64,000 bases of DNA from Acidimicrobiia bacterium (GTDB lineage Bacteria; Actinomycetota; Acidimicrobiia; IMCC26256; JAGPDB01): NCBI GenBank assembly GCA_046331265.1, contig JAXLRE010000005.1, forward strand, positions 58,264-122,263, given 5' to 3'. This document shows positions 27,367 to 34,744 of this stretch, one piece after another (the first letter of the stretch is position 1; the number at the start of each line of letters is the position of its first letter). The translations under genes were made by a program, and so were the position numbers. The notes under the pieces are model-generated. The model searched no databases. It had not been told where the DNA came from and saw nothing but the letters and a program-made list of their open reading frames with translations.

Positions 27367-28190
27367 TGACTACTGCAACAACAAATGAATTAGCACCTGT
27401 AGAAGTATCTTCGCGTTTTAGTTTGTACTGGTATGTTATGGATGCTGCAAGAATGACTAAGCGTTCAGTCATGCATATCATTAGAAGTTTTGATCAGGTT
27501 ATGTCGCTTGTGATGTTCCCTATTATGTTTACAGTCTTATTTAGATACGTTAATGACGGTTCCATCAAACTAACCGACATGTCATACGTAAACTTTATGT
27601 TTCCAGGAATTCTCGTTCAGACCTTGGCTTTCGGAGCAAACTACACAACAATAAACATAGCTGTAGATTTACAAAACGGTATTGTCGACAGATTTAGATC
27701 CTTGCCTATGTATAACAGTTCATTTATTATCGGGCATGTAATCGCCGATTTATTTAGAAACTTTATATCATCAATAATTATGTTGATTGTTGGTTTTCTA
27801 GTTGGATTTAGACCAAACGTTTCTTTTACTGAAACACTTTCAATAATTGGCATAGCAATACTTTTCACTCTTGCTATCTCTTCTGTGTCAGCTGTCTTAG
27901 GAATGATGGTTAACTCTTTAGAAGCTGCCCAATGGATAGGATTTGTCTTCATATTCCCATTAACTTTTGCTTCTAGTGCTTTCGTTGAGCCCGCAAGAAT
28001 GAAAGCGAAATGGTTAAAAGCATTTGCAGAAAACCAGCCTTTCTCTCATGTTATTAATACAATTCGTGGATTGTTCCATGGAACACCAATACATAACAAT
28101 GTTGGCCCAGCAATAATCTGGTGTGTTGCGCTTATTGCGATTTCAATTCCCTTAACTGCTGTTATGTTTAGAAGAAAAGCGACTAAATAA
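27366..28190 (+). CDS. ABC-2 type transporter permease
   Basis: Six-TM protein. Its start overlaps the ATPase stop (ATAATG). Typical DrrB-like partner. Confidence 0.85.
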   Translation: MTTATTNELAPVEVSSRFSLYWYVMDAARMTKRSVMHIIRSFDQVMSLVMFPIMFTVLFRYVNDGSIKLTDMSYVNFMFPGILVQTLAFGANYTTINIAVDLQNGIVDRFRSLPMYNSSFIIGHVIADLFRNFISSIIMLIVGFLVGFRPNVSFTETLSIIGIAILFTLAISSVSAVLGMMVNSLEAAQWIGFVFIFPLTFASSAFVEPARMKAKWLKAFAENQPFSHVINTIRGLFHGTPIHNNVGPAIIWCVALIAISIPLTAVMFRRKATK

Positions 28191-28759
28191 TGCGTAAACT
28201 TGTAGTCACTCAAATGATGTCACTTGATGGCGTTGTTGAGGCACCCGGAGGCGAAGAAGGATACACGCATTCAGGTTGGGTATTTCCTTTCGTCTCAGAT
28301 GAATATTTACAATGCAAACTTGGTGAAGTCAAAGAAGCTGAAATTCATTTACTGGGTCGAAAAACTTATGAATCTTTTGCTGAGGCATGGCCAAATAGAA
28401 AAGACGATGCGGGTTTCGCCGACAAAATGAATTCAATGAGAAAGGTTGTTGTTTCTACGACTCTAAAAGATCCTTCTTGGAACAATACGTCCGTAATAAG
28501 TGATGATGTTAAAAACAAAATTCAACAATTGAAAGATGAGGATGGAGACGGCACAATACTTGTTGCTGGTTCAAGAACATTGATTAACTTTTTGAAAGAA
28601 AACGAATTAATAGACGAGTATCGACTGCTCATCTACCCTGTTATTCTTGGTTCAGGTATGAGGCTATTTAAAGAAACTGCAGACATGAATAAGCTTGAAC
28701 TTGTTTCTTCTGAAACATTTTCGAATGGTGTATTGAATTTAATTTATAAAACAAAATAA
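28190..28759 (+). CDS. Dihydrofolate reductase family protein (RibD C-terminal-like)
   Basis: 'MRKLVVTQMMSLDGVVEAPGG' start and 'LLIYPVILGSGMRLF', characteristic of this family. Confidence 0.8.
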   Translation: MRKLVVTQMMSLDGVVEAPGGEEGYTHSGWVFPFVSDEYLQCKLGEVKEAEIHLLGRKTYESFAEAWPNRKDDAGFADKMNSMRKVVVSTTLKDPSWNNTSVISDDVKNKIQQLKDEDGDGTILVAGSRTLINFLKENELIDEYRLLIYPVILGSGMRLFKETADMNKLELVSSETFSNGVLNLIYKTK

Positions 28760-28771
28760 AAAGGAGCAACT

Positions 28772-29149
28772 ATGGAATTTCGTTCATTAATGATTGGGAC
28801 ATCTGATTCCGCAAAACTTGCAGAATTTTACGAGAAAGCTTTAGATCAAAAACCTGAGAGCATGATGCCAGAATGGTATGGCTTTAAAATCGGTCAAGGT
28901 TATTTAACAATTGGGCCTCACAGCGAAGTAACCGGAACGAATAAAGAACCCGCTCGAATAATGTTTAATATCGAGACAGATAGTCCAAAAGAACTCTTTA
29001 CAAAGATCAAAGCTACTGGAGCTGAAGTAGTAAAAGAAATTGGTTCACCAGATGGAAGCGATAGCGAAGAATTCTTAATGGGAACATTTGCTGACCCAGA
29101 CGGAAATTACTTTCAAATTTGCACCAAGTGGGAAGAACCATCAAAATAA
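28772..29149 (+). CDS. VOC/glyoxalase family protein
   Basis: 125 aa; size and the 'FADPDGNYFQI' C-terminal motif are typical of the VOC fold. Confidence 0.7.
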   Translation: MEFRSLMIGTSDSAKLAEFYEKALDQKPESMMPEWYGFKIGQGYLTIGPHSEVTGTNKEPARIMFNIETDSPKELFTKIKATGAEVVKEIGSPDGSDSEEFLMGTFADPDGNYFQICTKWEEPSK

Positions 29150-29153
29150 GTGT

Positions 29154-29870
29154 GTGGATGCAGCAGCAGTTGAAAAAGAATTAAAAAAACACGGTTCTAA
29201 AACAAAAGCCCAAGCAAGTGCATGGTTTTTTAAAACAGGTGAAGGCCAATACGGTTACGGTGACATTTTTATAGGCGTAACCGTGCCTGAACAACGAAAA
29301 GTTGCAAAAACATTTAGCAACTTAGGTTTAAATGAAATAAAAAATCTTTTAAATAGTCCATTACACGAATGTCGACTCACCGCATTATTAATTCTCGTTG
29401 GTCAATATAAAAAAGCTGATGAAAAAAATAAAGCAAAAATAGCGAAATTCTATTTATCCAATAGGTCTCGAATCAATAACTGGGATCTTGTAGATTCATC
29501 AGCAGGATATATTCTCGGAAACTATCTTTTAGATAAAGACAGAGAAATACTTTTTAAGCTTTCAACGTCTAAGCGAATGTGGGATAGAAGAGTCGCAATT
29601 ATCGCAACTCAAGCATTTATTGCTCAAAATGATTTCAGTACGACCTTAGAGCTAGCAAAGTTGTACTTAAATGAAGACGAAGATTTAATGCACAAAGCAA
29701 CAGGATGGATGTTACGAGAGATCGGTAAAAAATCTAAACGAACATTAGTGAAGTTTTTAAATGCTAACGTTCACCTCATGCCAAGAACTACTTTGAGGTA
29801 TGCAATTGAACATTTCTCGGATGCAGAACGGAAAAAGTATTTGGCCGTAAAACGAAGCATTATCAAATGA
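29154..29870 (+). CDS. DNA alkylation repair protein (AlkD-like HEAT-repeat family)
   Basis: 'WFFKTGEGQYGYGDIFIGVTVPEQRKVAK', 'NNWDLVD', 'GWMLREIGK'. GTG 29154 is chosen to avoid a 60-nt overlap; the ORF is open from 29088. Confidence 0.75.
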   Translation: MDAAAVEKELKKHGSKTKAQASAWFFKTGEGQYGYGDIFIGVTVPEQRKVAKTFSNLGLNEIKNLLNSPLHECRLTALLILVGQYKKADEKNKAKIAKFYLSNRSRINNWDLVDSSAGYILGNYLLDKDREILFKLSTSKRMWDRRVAIIATQAFIAQNDFSTTLELAKLYLNEDEDLMHKATGWMLREIGKKSKRTLVKFLNANVHLMPRTTLRYAIEHFSDAERKKYLAVKRSIIK

Positions 29871-30451
29871 TCAAACTGAAAAAAGCTGGGTTTAAAATTG
29901 CAGCTGCAGGGGTTATTACATTCCTGGGAATACAATTAGCTGAAGTTAACTACGTCGGCAATTATTCAACTAAATCAAACTATATCTCTGATCTAGGTAT
30001 TAACAATTCATTTGCATCTTTCGCATTCAATGTAACAATGATGACCTCTGGAATACTCATTTATTTGGGTAACCGAACGCTGGCAAAAAACAACTTTTCA
30101 AACTGGCTCACTATCACTTTACGGTTGTATGCAATTGGAACGTTTTTGGTCGGACTATTTCCATCAACAATAGGGATAGGACATGGATTAGGAGCAACTC
30201 TTGTATTTTTCTTTGGCGCACCAAGTGCGTTTACTTCGATAAAATATTTTTCAAGGCCTTTTAAATCAATGGCAATTATTCTCGGATCAATGTCAACATT
30301 ATTTTTGATTAATTTTATGGTAACAACTTCGACAAATAATGGAATAGAAAATATTGGTGGTATAGAGCGGTTTTTAATTTATCCAATTACAATGTGGTTA
30401 ATTATTTTTGGTACTTATATATGTTCAAACGCAGATAAGGTAAAAGAATAA
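29867..30451 (+). CDS. DUF998-like membrane protein
   Basis: 194-aa protein with six hydrophobic helices. ATGA overlap with the upstream stop. Family guess is from size and topology. Confidence 0.5.
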   Translation: MIKLKKAGFKIAAAGVITFLGIQLAEVNYVGNYSTKSNYISDLGINNSFASFAFNVTMMTSGILIYLGNRTLAKNNFSNWLTITLRLYAIGTFLVGLFPSTIGIGHGLGATLVFFFGAPSAFTSIKYFSRPFKSMAIILGSMSTLFLINFMVTTSTNNGIENIGGIERFLIYPITMWLIIFGTYICSNADKVKE

Positions 30452-30943
30452 ATGTTATCGATTAGTGAGCTTCTTAACGACAACTCTTTCTTAAATCAAA
30501 ATATGAATGTTGCTGTAGAGATAGCTAAACAATCAATAAAGACAGATGTTCCAATCGGCGCTGTCATATATGACGTTGAAAGCCAGAAAATTATCGCAAA
30601 ATCAGGCAACACAAGAGAACAAAGCAATGATCCAACCTGTCATGCTGAAATAAGTGTAATTAGAGAAGCATCAAAACATATTGGCGACTGGCGTTTAAAT
30701 AACATGATTTTATTCTCGACGTTAGAACCATGCATTATGTGCGCCGGGGCTTTGGTTCAATGTCGGATTGGAGCACTTGTTTATGGTGCGAGCGATCCTC
30801 AATATGGATCGGCGGGTAGTATTTACAACCCCTTGAGCGATCCAAGATTGAACCACAACACAAAGATTATTCGAGGCGTACTTAGTGACGAGTGTCAAGA
30901 AATAATCGATAACTTTTTTAAAGAGCGGAGAACTAAAAAGTAG
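30452..30943 (+). CDS. tadA: tRNA adenosine(34) deaminase
   Basis: CDA zinc motifs 'CHAEISVIREA' and 'PCIMCAGAL'. Adjacent to a tRNA gene. Confidence 0.9.
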   Translation: MLSISELLNDNSFLNQNMNVAVEIAKQSIKTDVPIGAVIYDVESQKIIAKSGNTREQSNDPTCHAEISVIREASKHIGDWRLNNMILFSTLEPCIMCAGALVQCRIGALVYGASDPQYGSAGSIYNPLSDPRLNHNTKIIRGVLSDECQEIIDNFFKERRTKK

Positions 30944-30956
30944 ACTATCAATTCAT

Positions 30957-31044
30957 GGAGGGGTGCGAGAGCGGCCGAATCGGATAGTCTCGAAAACTAT
31001 TGTGGGGCAACCCACCCAGGGTTCAAATCCCTGTCCCTCCGCCA
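30957..31044 (+). tRNA. tRNA-Ser (anticodon CGA)
   Basis: Same 5' half as the other tRNA-Ser. Anticodon stem ATAGT/ACTAT with loop CTCGAAA, long variable arm, T-arm CAGGG-TTCAAAT-CCCTG, encoded GCCA. Confidence 0.9.
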
Positions 31045-31140
31045 ATTGTATCCAACCGAACGCAGGGTATTACAAACTCCCTGTCTGAGCCAATTGTATC
31101 CAACCGAACGCAGGGTATTACAAACTCCCTGTCTGAGCCA
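31045..31140 (+). repeat. 2 x 48-nt perfect tandem repeat, each unit carrying a tRNA-Ser(CGA) T-arm/3'-end mimic
   Basis: Unit is ATTGTATCCAACCGAACG + CAGGGTATTACAAACTCCCTGTCTGAGCCA. Stem CAGGG/CCCTG equals this tRNA's T-stem; loop TATTACAAACT is identical to 23101..23133. Confidence 0.9.
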
Positions 31141-31154
31141 AAATACTGTCGTGG

Positions 31155-31547
31155 TTAGTTAGATCCGACTATTGCGACTAATGCCATCCCCAGCACATAT
31201 ATAACACCAATCACTAAAGATACAGTTCCAATTATTCCGCAAATGAAACCTGCTAACGCAAGACCATCGCCACCTAAGGTTCCATTTGATTCTTTAATTC
31301 GTTTACGGGAACGTGCTCCCATTATTAAACCTACAGGACCAAAAATACCGCAGCAAGCAAGTCCCAAGATCCCAAAAACTAAAGCAGGTACCGCACCTGA
31401 ATCATTTGGCGCTACTTGCGGATAACCATATCCTTGTTGATTCGCATAATAATTACCTACTTGAGGAGGTGGAGGTGGTGTAGGAATTTGATTTTGGTTA
31501 TTGTTGAAATTATCGTTTCCCTGAAAAGGAGGAGGAGTTTCGTTCAT
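31155..31547 (-). CDS. DUF4190-like membrane protein with Pro/Gln/Asn-rich N-terminus
   Basis: 'ALVFGILGLACCGIFGPVGLIMGARSRKRI' and 'GLALAGFICGIIG' are typical of DUF4190. Confidence 0.7.
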   Translation of the reverse strand: MNETPPPFQGNDNFNNNQNQIPTPPPPPQVGNYYANQQGYGYPQVAPNDSGAVPALVFGILGLACCGIFGPVGLIMGARSRKRIKESNGTLGGDGLALAGFICGIIGTVSLVIGVIYVLGMALVAIVGSN

Positions 31548-31587
31548 TAGTACCTCTTTGTAGAATTAGTTACAATAGTAACGTCAT

Positions 31588-31650
31588 TTATCCACAGGTC
31601 TTTACTTATTTATTAAGTTTTTCCCTAGAGAACCCACAGCCTTATCCACA
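31588..31650 (+). promoter_or_regulatory. Two perfect DnaA boxes (TTATCCACA) upstream of the DUF4190-like gene
   Basis: TTATCCACA at 31588..31596 and 31642..31650, same orientation. A weaker AACCCACAG lies between them. Confidence 0.5.
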
Positions 31651-31777
31651 ATAAATACCTGGTTAAACAACAAAATATGCGATATGTCTGATTCTTCTTG
31701 CACGGTTCACTATTTACTGCAAGAATATACAATACGTCAGGAAGACGGTTTTAGACATGATGTCTAATCTTTATATT

Positions 31778-31809
31778 GAACCCGGCGATTACATATGCAT
31801 GCCGGGTTC
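31778..31809 (-). terminator. Hairpin just downstream of 31814..32185
   Basis: 9-bp stem GAACCCGGC / GCCGGGTTC with a 14-nt loop. Flanks are A/T-rich but there is no clean U-run. Confidence 0.4.
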
Positions 31810-31813
31810 AATT

Positions 31814-32185
31814 TTAAACTAAATGTTCTCCAATGTTTAAGAAAAATTTTGATCTAGGAATAAATTCAACTCCAGTATGTTTTTCTTGCAAACTAGGGAT
31901 CTTCTCATGAGGAGCAAATGATGAATAAGAAATTTCATCTATCCCGTACTTAACTGCAAATTGATCTATTTCCTCTATGTATTTTTCTAATCCAAAACCT
32001 TCATATATGTAATAATCAAAAATAACTTTAAACTGTCGATCGCCAGATCCTGCAGAAATCATATTTAGCAAACGTGAATGGTCTGAATTTATAGCTACAT
32101 AATGATCTACAAATCTACAAGCAGCTTTAATATGGGAGACATCCATTAAGTTCTTGCATACGACAACTGTAATTTTCATGGTCAA
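31814..32185 (-). CDS. Hypothetical protein
   Basis: 123-aa ORF, 17 nt downstream of the SCO1664-family gene. No family recognised. Confidence 0.5.
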   Translation of the reverse strand: MTMKITVVVCKNLMDVSHIKAACRFVDHYVAINSDHSRLLNMISAGSGDRQFKVIFDYYIYEGFGLEKYIEEIDQFAVKYGIDEISYSSFAPHEKIPSLQEKHTGVEFIPRSKFFLNIGEHLV

Positions 32186-32202
32186 ACAGTCTAAACAAAT
32201 TA

Positions 32203-33021
32203 TTACACTAATGGCCAGGGAAAAGCTCGAATATTTTCATCAAGAGCACGGTGGTATGGGTTTAAAATTAACTTTTCTACTCGCTCAACTGTAGTTTTAA
32301 TCTCATCATAATTTAGATAGTTACTTAAGACATCGGGGATTTGATCAATCGATAAGGCTAGATCTTTTACTAATTCATCAGATATTTGCTTTTCCGTAAA
32401 ATCCCAAATTACTGTACGCAATTTGTCTTCAACATGGAAGGTTAAGCCATGGTCAATCCCCCACAACTTGCCTCTATGTGAAGTCTCTAGTTTTTCTGGT
32501 TGATTATCCACATAAAGGTCAAATGTCGTTAGCTTCTCTAAAATGACATGGCCTGCTTTTCGGTCAGCATTGTTAATCACGTAATCAAATACTGCAAACT
32601 TTTCAATTTCATTCATATCTTTTTCCGTCATCGAAAAATAATGTTCACGAGGATCATGAGGTACAAATAGTTGAACAGAACACTCTAAATCATCTACGTC
32701 TCTCAACAATGTAGGTGGAACGAGATTCCATCCGAGAAGATTAGATAGCTCATAGGAAGCAACTTCTCTTTTTGATAACGTTCCCCATTCAAAATCTAAT
32801 AACGGGTTTTCATATGAACTTGGTTTGACAACAACAGTAAATTTTTTATCCGCAGCTTCTATTTCACCGATTAGCGCTCTGTTACTCGAATTAGACAAAT
32901 AGCCTAAAATATCTATCTCATTTTCAAACATAGATTGAATATAACTATCACTTGGAAGAATATCGCAATGAAATATCTTTACATGTTCATCCTTATTGTG
33001 AATTACAAAATTTCGTTGCAT
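32203..33021 (-). CDS. SCO1664 family protein (PI3/4-kinase-like fold)
   Basis: 'INNADRKAGHV' and 'GIDHGLTFH' kinase-like catalytic and activation motifs. Conserved trio with DUF3090 and a histidine phosphatase. Confidence 0.7.
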   Translation of the reverse strand: MQRNFVIHNKDEHVKIFHCDILPSDSYIQSMFENEIDILGYLSNSSNRALIGEIEAADKKFTVVVKPSSYENPLLDFEWGTLSKREVASYELSNLLGWNLVPPTLLRDVDDLECSVQLFVPHDPREHYFSMTEKDMNEIEKFAVFDYVINNADRKAGHVILEKLTTFDLYVDNQPEKLETSHRGKLWGIDHGLTFHVEDKLRTVIWDFTEKQISDELVKDLALSIDQIPDVLSNYLNYDEIKTTVERVEKLILNPYHRALDENIRAFPWPLV

Positions 33022-33022
33022 A

Positions 33023-33544
33023 CTAATTTAATCTTGGACAAACATGTCCAGATGTATTCATTGGATTCTGGCATAATGGACAGAGTTCTCGTCCTGCCAT
33101 TACCGCCTGATTACCTTTAACAGCCATGGCTCGAAGCTGCGAACGAGTCATGGTAAGACGAACAACATATTCATCATCCATCTGCTCATCGTCTAGATCT
33201 TCTTCAACAGGCTTTTCTCTTAACTCTAATGTAACAAGTTGATTAGAAGGATCAAATATAAGTCCAATTGCGTTTGCTCTAAATAATGGATCAGCATGAG
33301 TTATCTCACCTGCAGAATCAAACTGTTCAGGAGTCGCAACTTTTTCTTCAGGATAATCAGTCTTTATCGAATCAAGAAATTCAATCGACTGTGTAGCTAA
33401 TAACTCCACTTGCTGTTTTTCTACAAGGACACTGACCACTTGGTCATCTTTACGGCCTTGAATTAAAAAAGTACGACTCCCCGGATCACCAATAGAACCA
33501 GCACTTGCACTATCAACTACATACATCTCTATTTCATGCATCAT
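33023..33544 (-). CDS. DUF3090 family protein
   Basis: 'GDPGSRTFLIQGR' near the N-terminus and C-terminal 'CPLCQNPMNTSGHVCPRLN'. Start is uncertain (Met-10, Met-11, or 33571). Confidence 0.7.
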   Translation of the reverse strand: MMHEIEMYVVDSASAGSIGDPGSRTFLIQGRKDDQVVSVLVEKQQVELLATQSIEFLDSIKTDYPEEKVATPEQFDSAGEITHADPLFRANAIGLIFDPSNQLVTLELREKPVEEDLDDEQMDDEYVVRLTMTRSQLRAMAVKGNQAVMAGRELCPLCQNPMNTSGHVCPRLN

Positions 33545-34172
33545 GAACCAACCTCTGTGCTGGTAATACATTTACATTCTCTACCCTAGCAACAGAATTT
33601 TCAAATACAACTTGTGAAAGTGATGCCGGATAGCAAGGAATACGCTGAAACATATCCATGTGTACACCTAAATAACTCGCTAACAAGATGATGATAGGGT
33701 CGCGATGACAAGTGATAACAATATTTTTGTTTTCATTTTCTTTTACGATTGACCTAACAGCATTTGACATTCGGTCGTAGACGTCAACAAATGACTCGCC
33801 GCCAGGAAAACAGAATTGGGATGGATTTTGCAAAACTGTTTTCCATTCTGGAAGCTTCGCGCAATCTTCAAGTAAAAAGTTTGTCCAGTCGCCTATATTT
33901 GTATCTATTAAGTTTTCATTCACTTCAATTGTTAAATCTCTATCCTCAGCGATAGCTTGTGCTGTTTCATAAGCTCTTTCCAAAGGTGATGAAACAATAA
34001 TGTCTACGTGGATAGGCCTAAAGTATTCTGCCAATAATCGAGCCTGCTCTTTACCTTCATCATTGAGGTTTAATCCCTTGGTGTGCCCGTAAAGAACTTT
34101 TCCTGTTTGCTCAGTTACACCATGTCTTACAAAAAATACGCGAGTTAAACTACTTTTACCTGTTGAAGACAT
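33534..34172 (-). CDS. Histidine phosphatase family protein (MSMEG_4193-type putative phosphomutase)
   Basis: 'RVFFVRHGVTEQTG' RHG motif. Met-36 start (34172) avoids overlap with divergent purE; the ORF is open to 34277. Confidence 0.8.
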   Translation of the reverse strand: MSSTGKSSLTRVFFVRHGVTEQTGKVLYGHTKGLNLNDEGKEQARLLAEYFRPIHVDIIVSSPLERAYETAQAIAEDRDLTIEVNENLIDTNIGDWTNFLLEDCAKLPEWKTVLQNPSQFCFPGGESFVDVYDRMSNAVRSIVKENENKNIVITCHRDPIIILLASYLGVHMDMFQRIPCYPASLSQVVFENSVARVENVNVLPAQRLVHDA

Positions 34173-34242
34173 ACCAATATCGTAGTAATTAGGTATGAAT
34201 AAAGAAAATTCGAATAGACTTATACTCAAACAAAGGAAAAAT

Positions 34243-34740
34243 ATGTCTGAATCAAAAATAGTCGTAGGAATTATCATGGGAAGTGATTCGGATTTAGAGG
34301 TAATGAGCCAGGCTGGCGAAGTGTTAAAACAATTTGATGTTAAATATGAAACAAGAATAATTAGCGCTCATCGAACCCCTGAAGCAATGGTGTCTTATGC
34401 TCAAACGGCAAGAGAGCGTGGACTAAAAGTTATTATTGCTGGAGCTGGAGGTGCAGCACATTTACCAGGAATGACAGCTGCACTCACAGATTTGCCAGTT
34501 ATTGGTGTACCTGTTCCATTAAAAAATTTAGATGGTTTAGATTCCCTATTAAGTATTGTTCAAATGCCTAAAGGAGTTCCTGTTGCGACAGTAGCCGTAG
34601 GCAATGCAAGCAATGCTGCGTATTTAGCATTACGAATACTTTCTACATTCGATGACGACATCGCTAAAAAGTTAGAGACTTTTACAAAGACCCAAACTGA
34701 TATCGTTATCGAAAAGGATTCTTCACTTCGATCTGAATAA
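34243..34740 (+). CDS. purE: 5-(carboxyamino)imidazole ribonucleotide mutase
   Basis: '[14 protein letters not shown]', 'ISAHRTPE', '[14 protein letters not shown]'. ATG 34243 follows AAGGA. Confidence 0.95.
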   Translation: MSESKIVVGIIMGSDSDLEVMSQAGEVLKQFDVKYETRIISAHRTPEAMVSYAQTARERGLKVIIAGAGGAAHLPGMTAALTDLPVIGVPVPLKNLDGLDSLLSIVQMPKGVPVATVAVGNASNAAYLALRILSTFDDDIAKKLETFTKTQTDIVIEKDSSLRSE

Positions 34741-34744
34741 ATAA

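Noticed and set aside
31045-31140. 48-nt perfect tandem repeat considered as a possible CRISPR array
   Set aside because: Only two units, directly abutting with no unique spacers, no cas genes, and the units derive from the tRNA 3' end.
23084-31140. Prophage or integrative element between the two tRNA-Ser genes
   Set aside because: No integrase, excisionase, transposase, or phage structural or replication genes were found. Only the repeat geometry is suggestive.
31684-31767. 27-aa ORF (MSDSSCTVHYLLQEYTIRQEDGFRHDV) in the DnaA-box spacer
   Set aside because: No RBS, very short, and its 3' end is the 17-nt palindrome. More likely non-coding.
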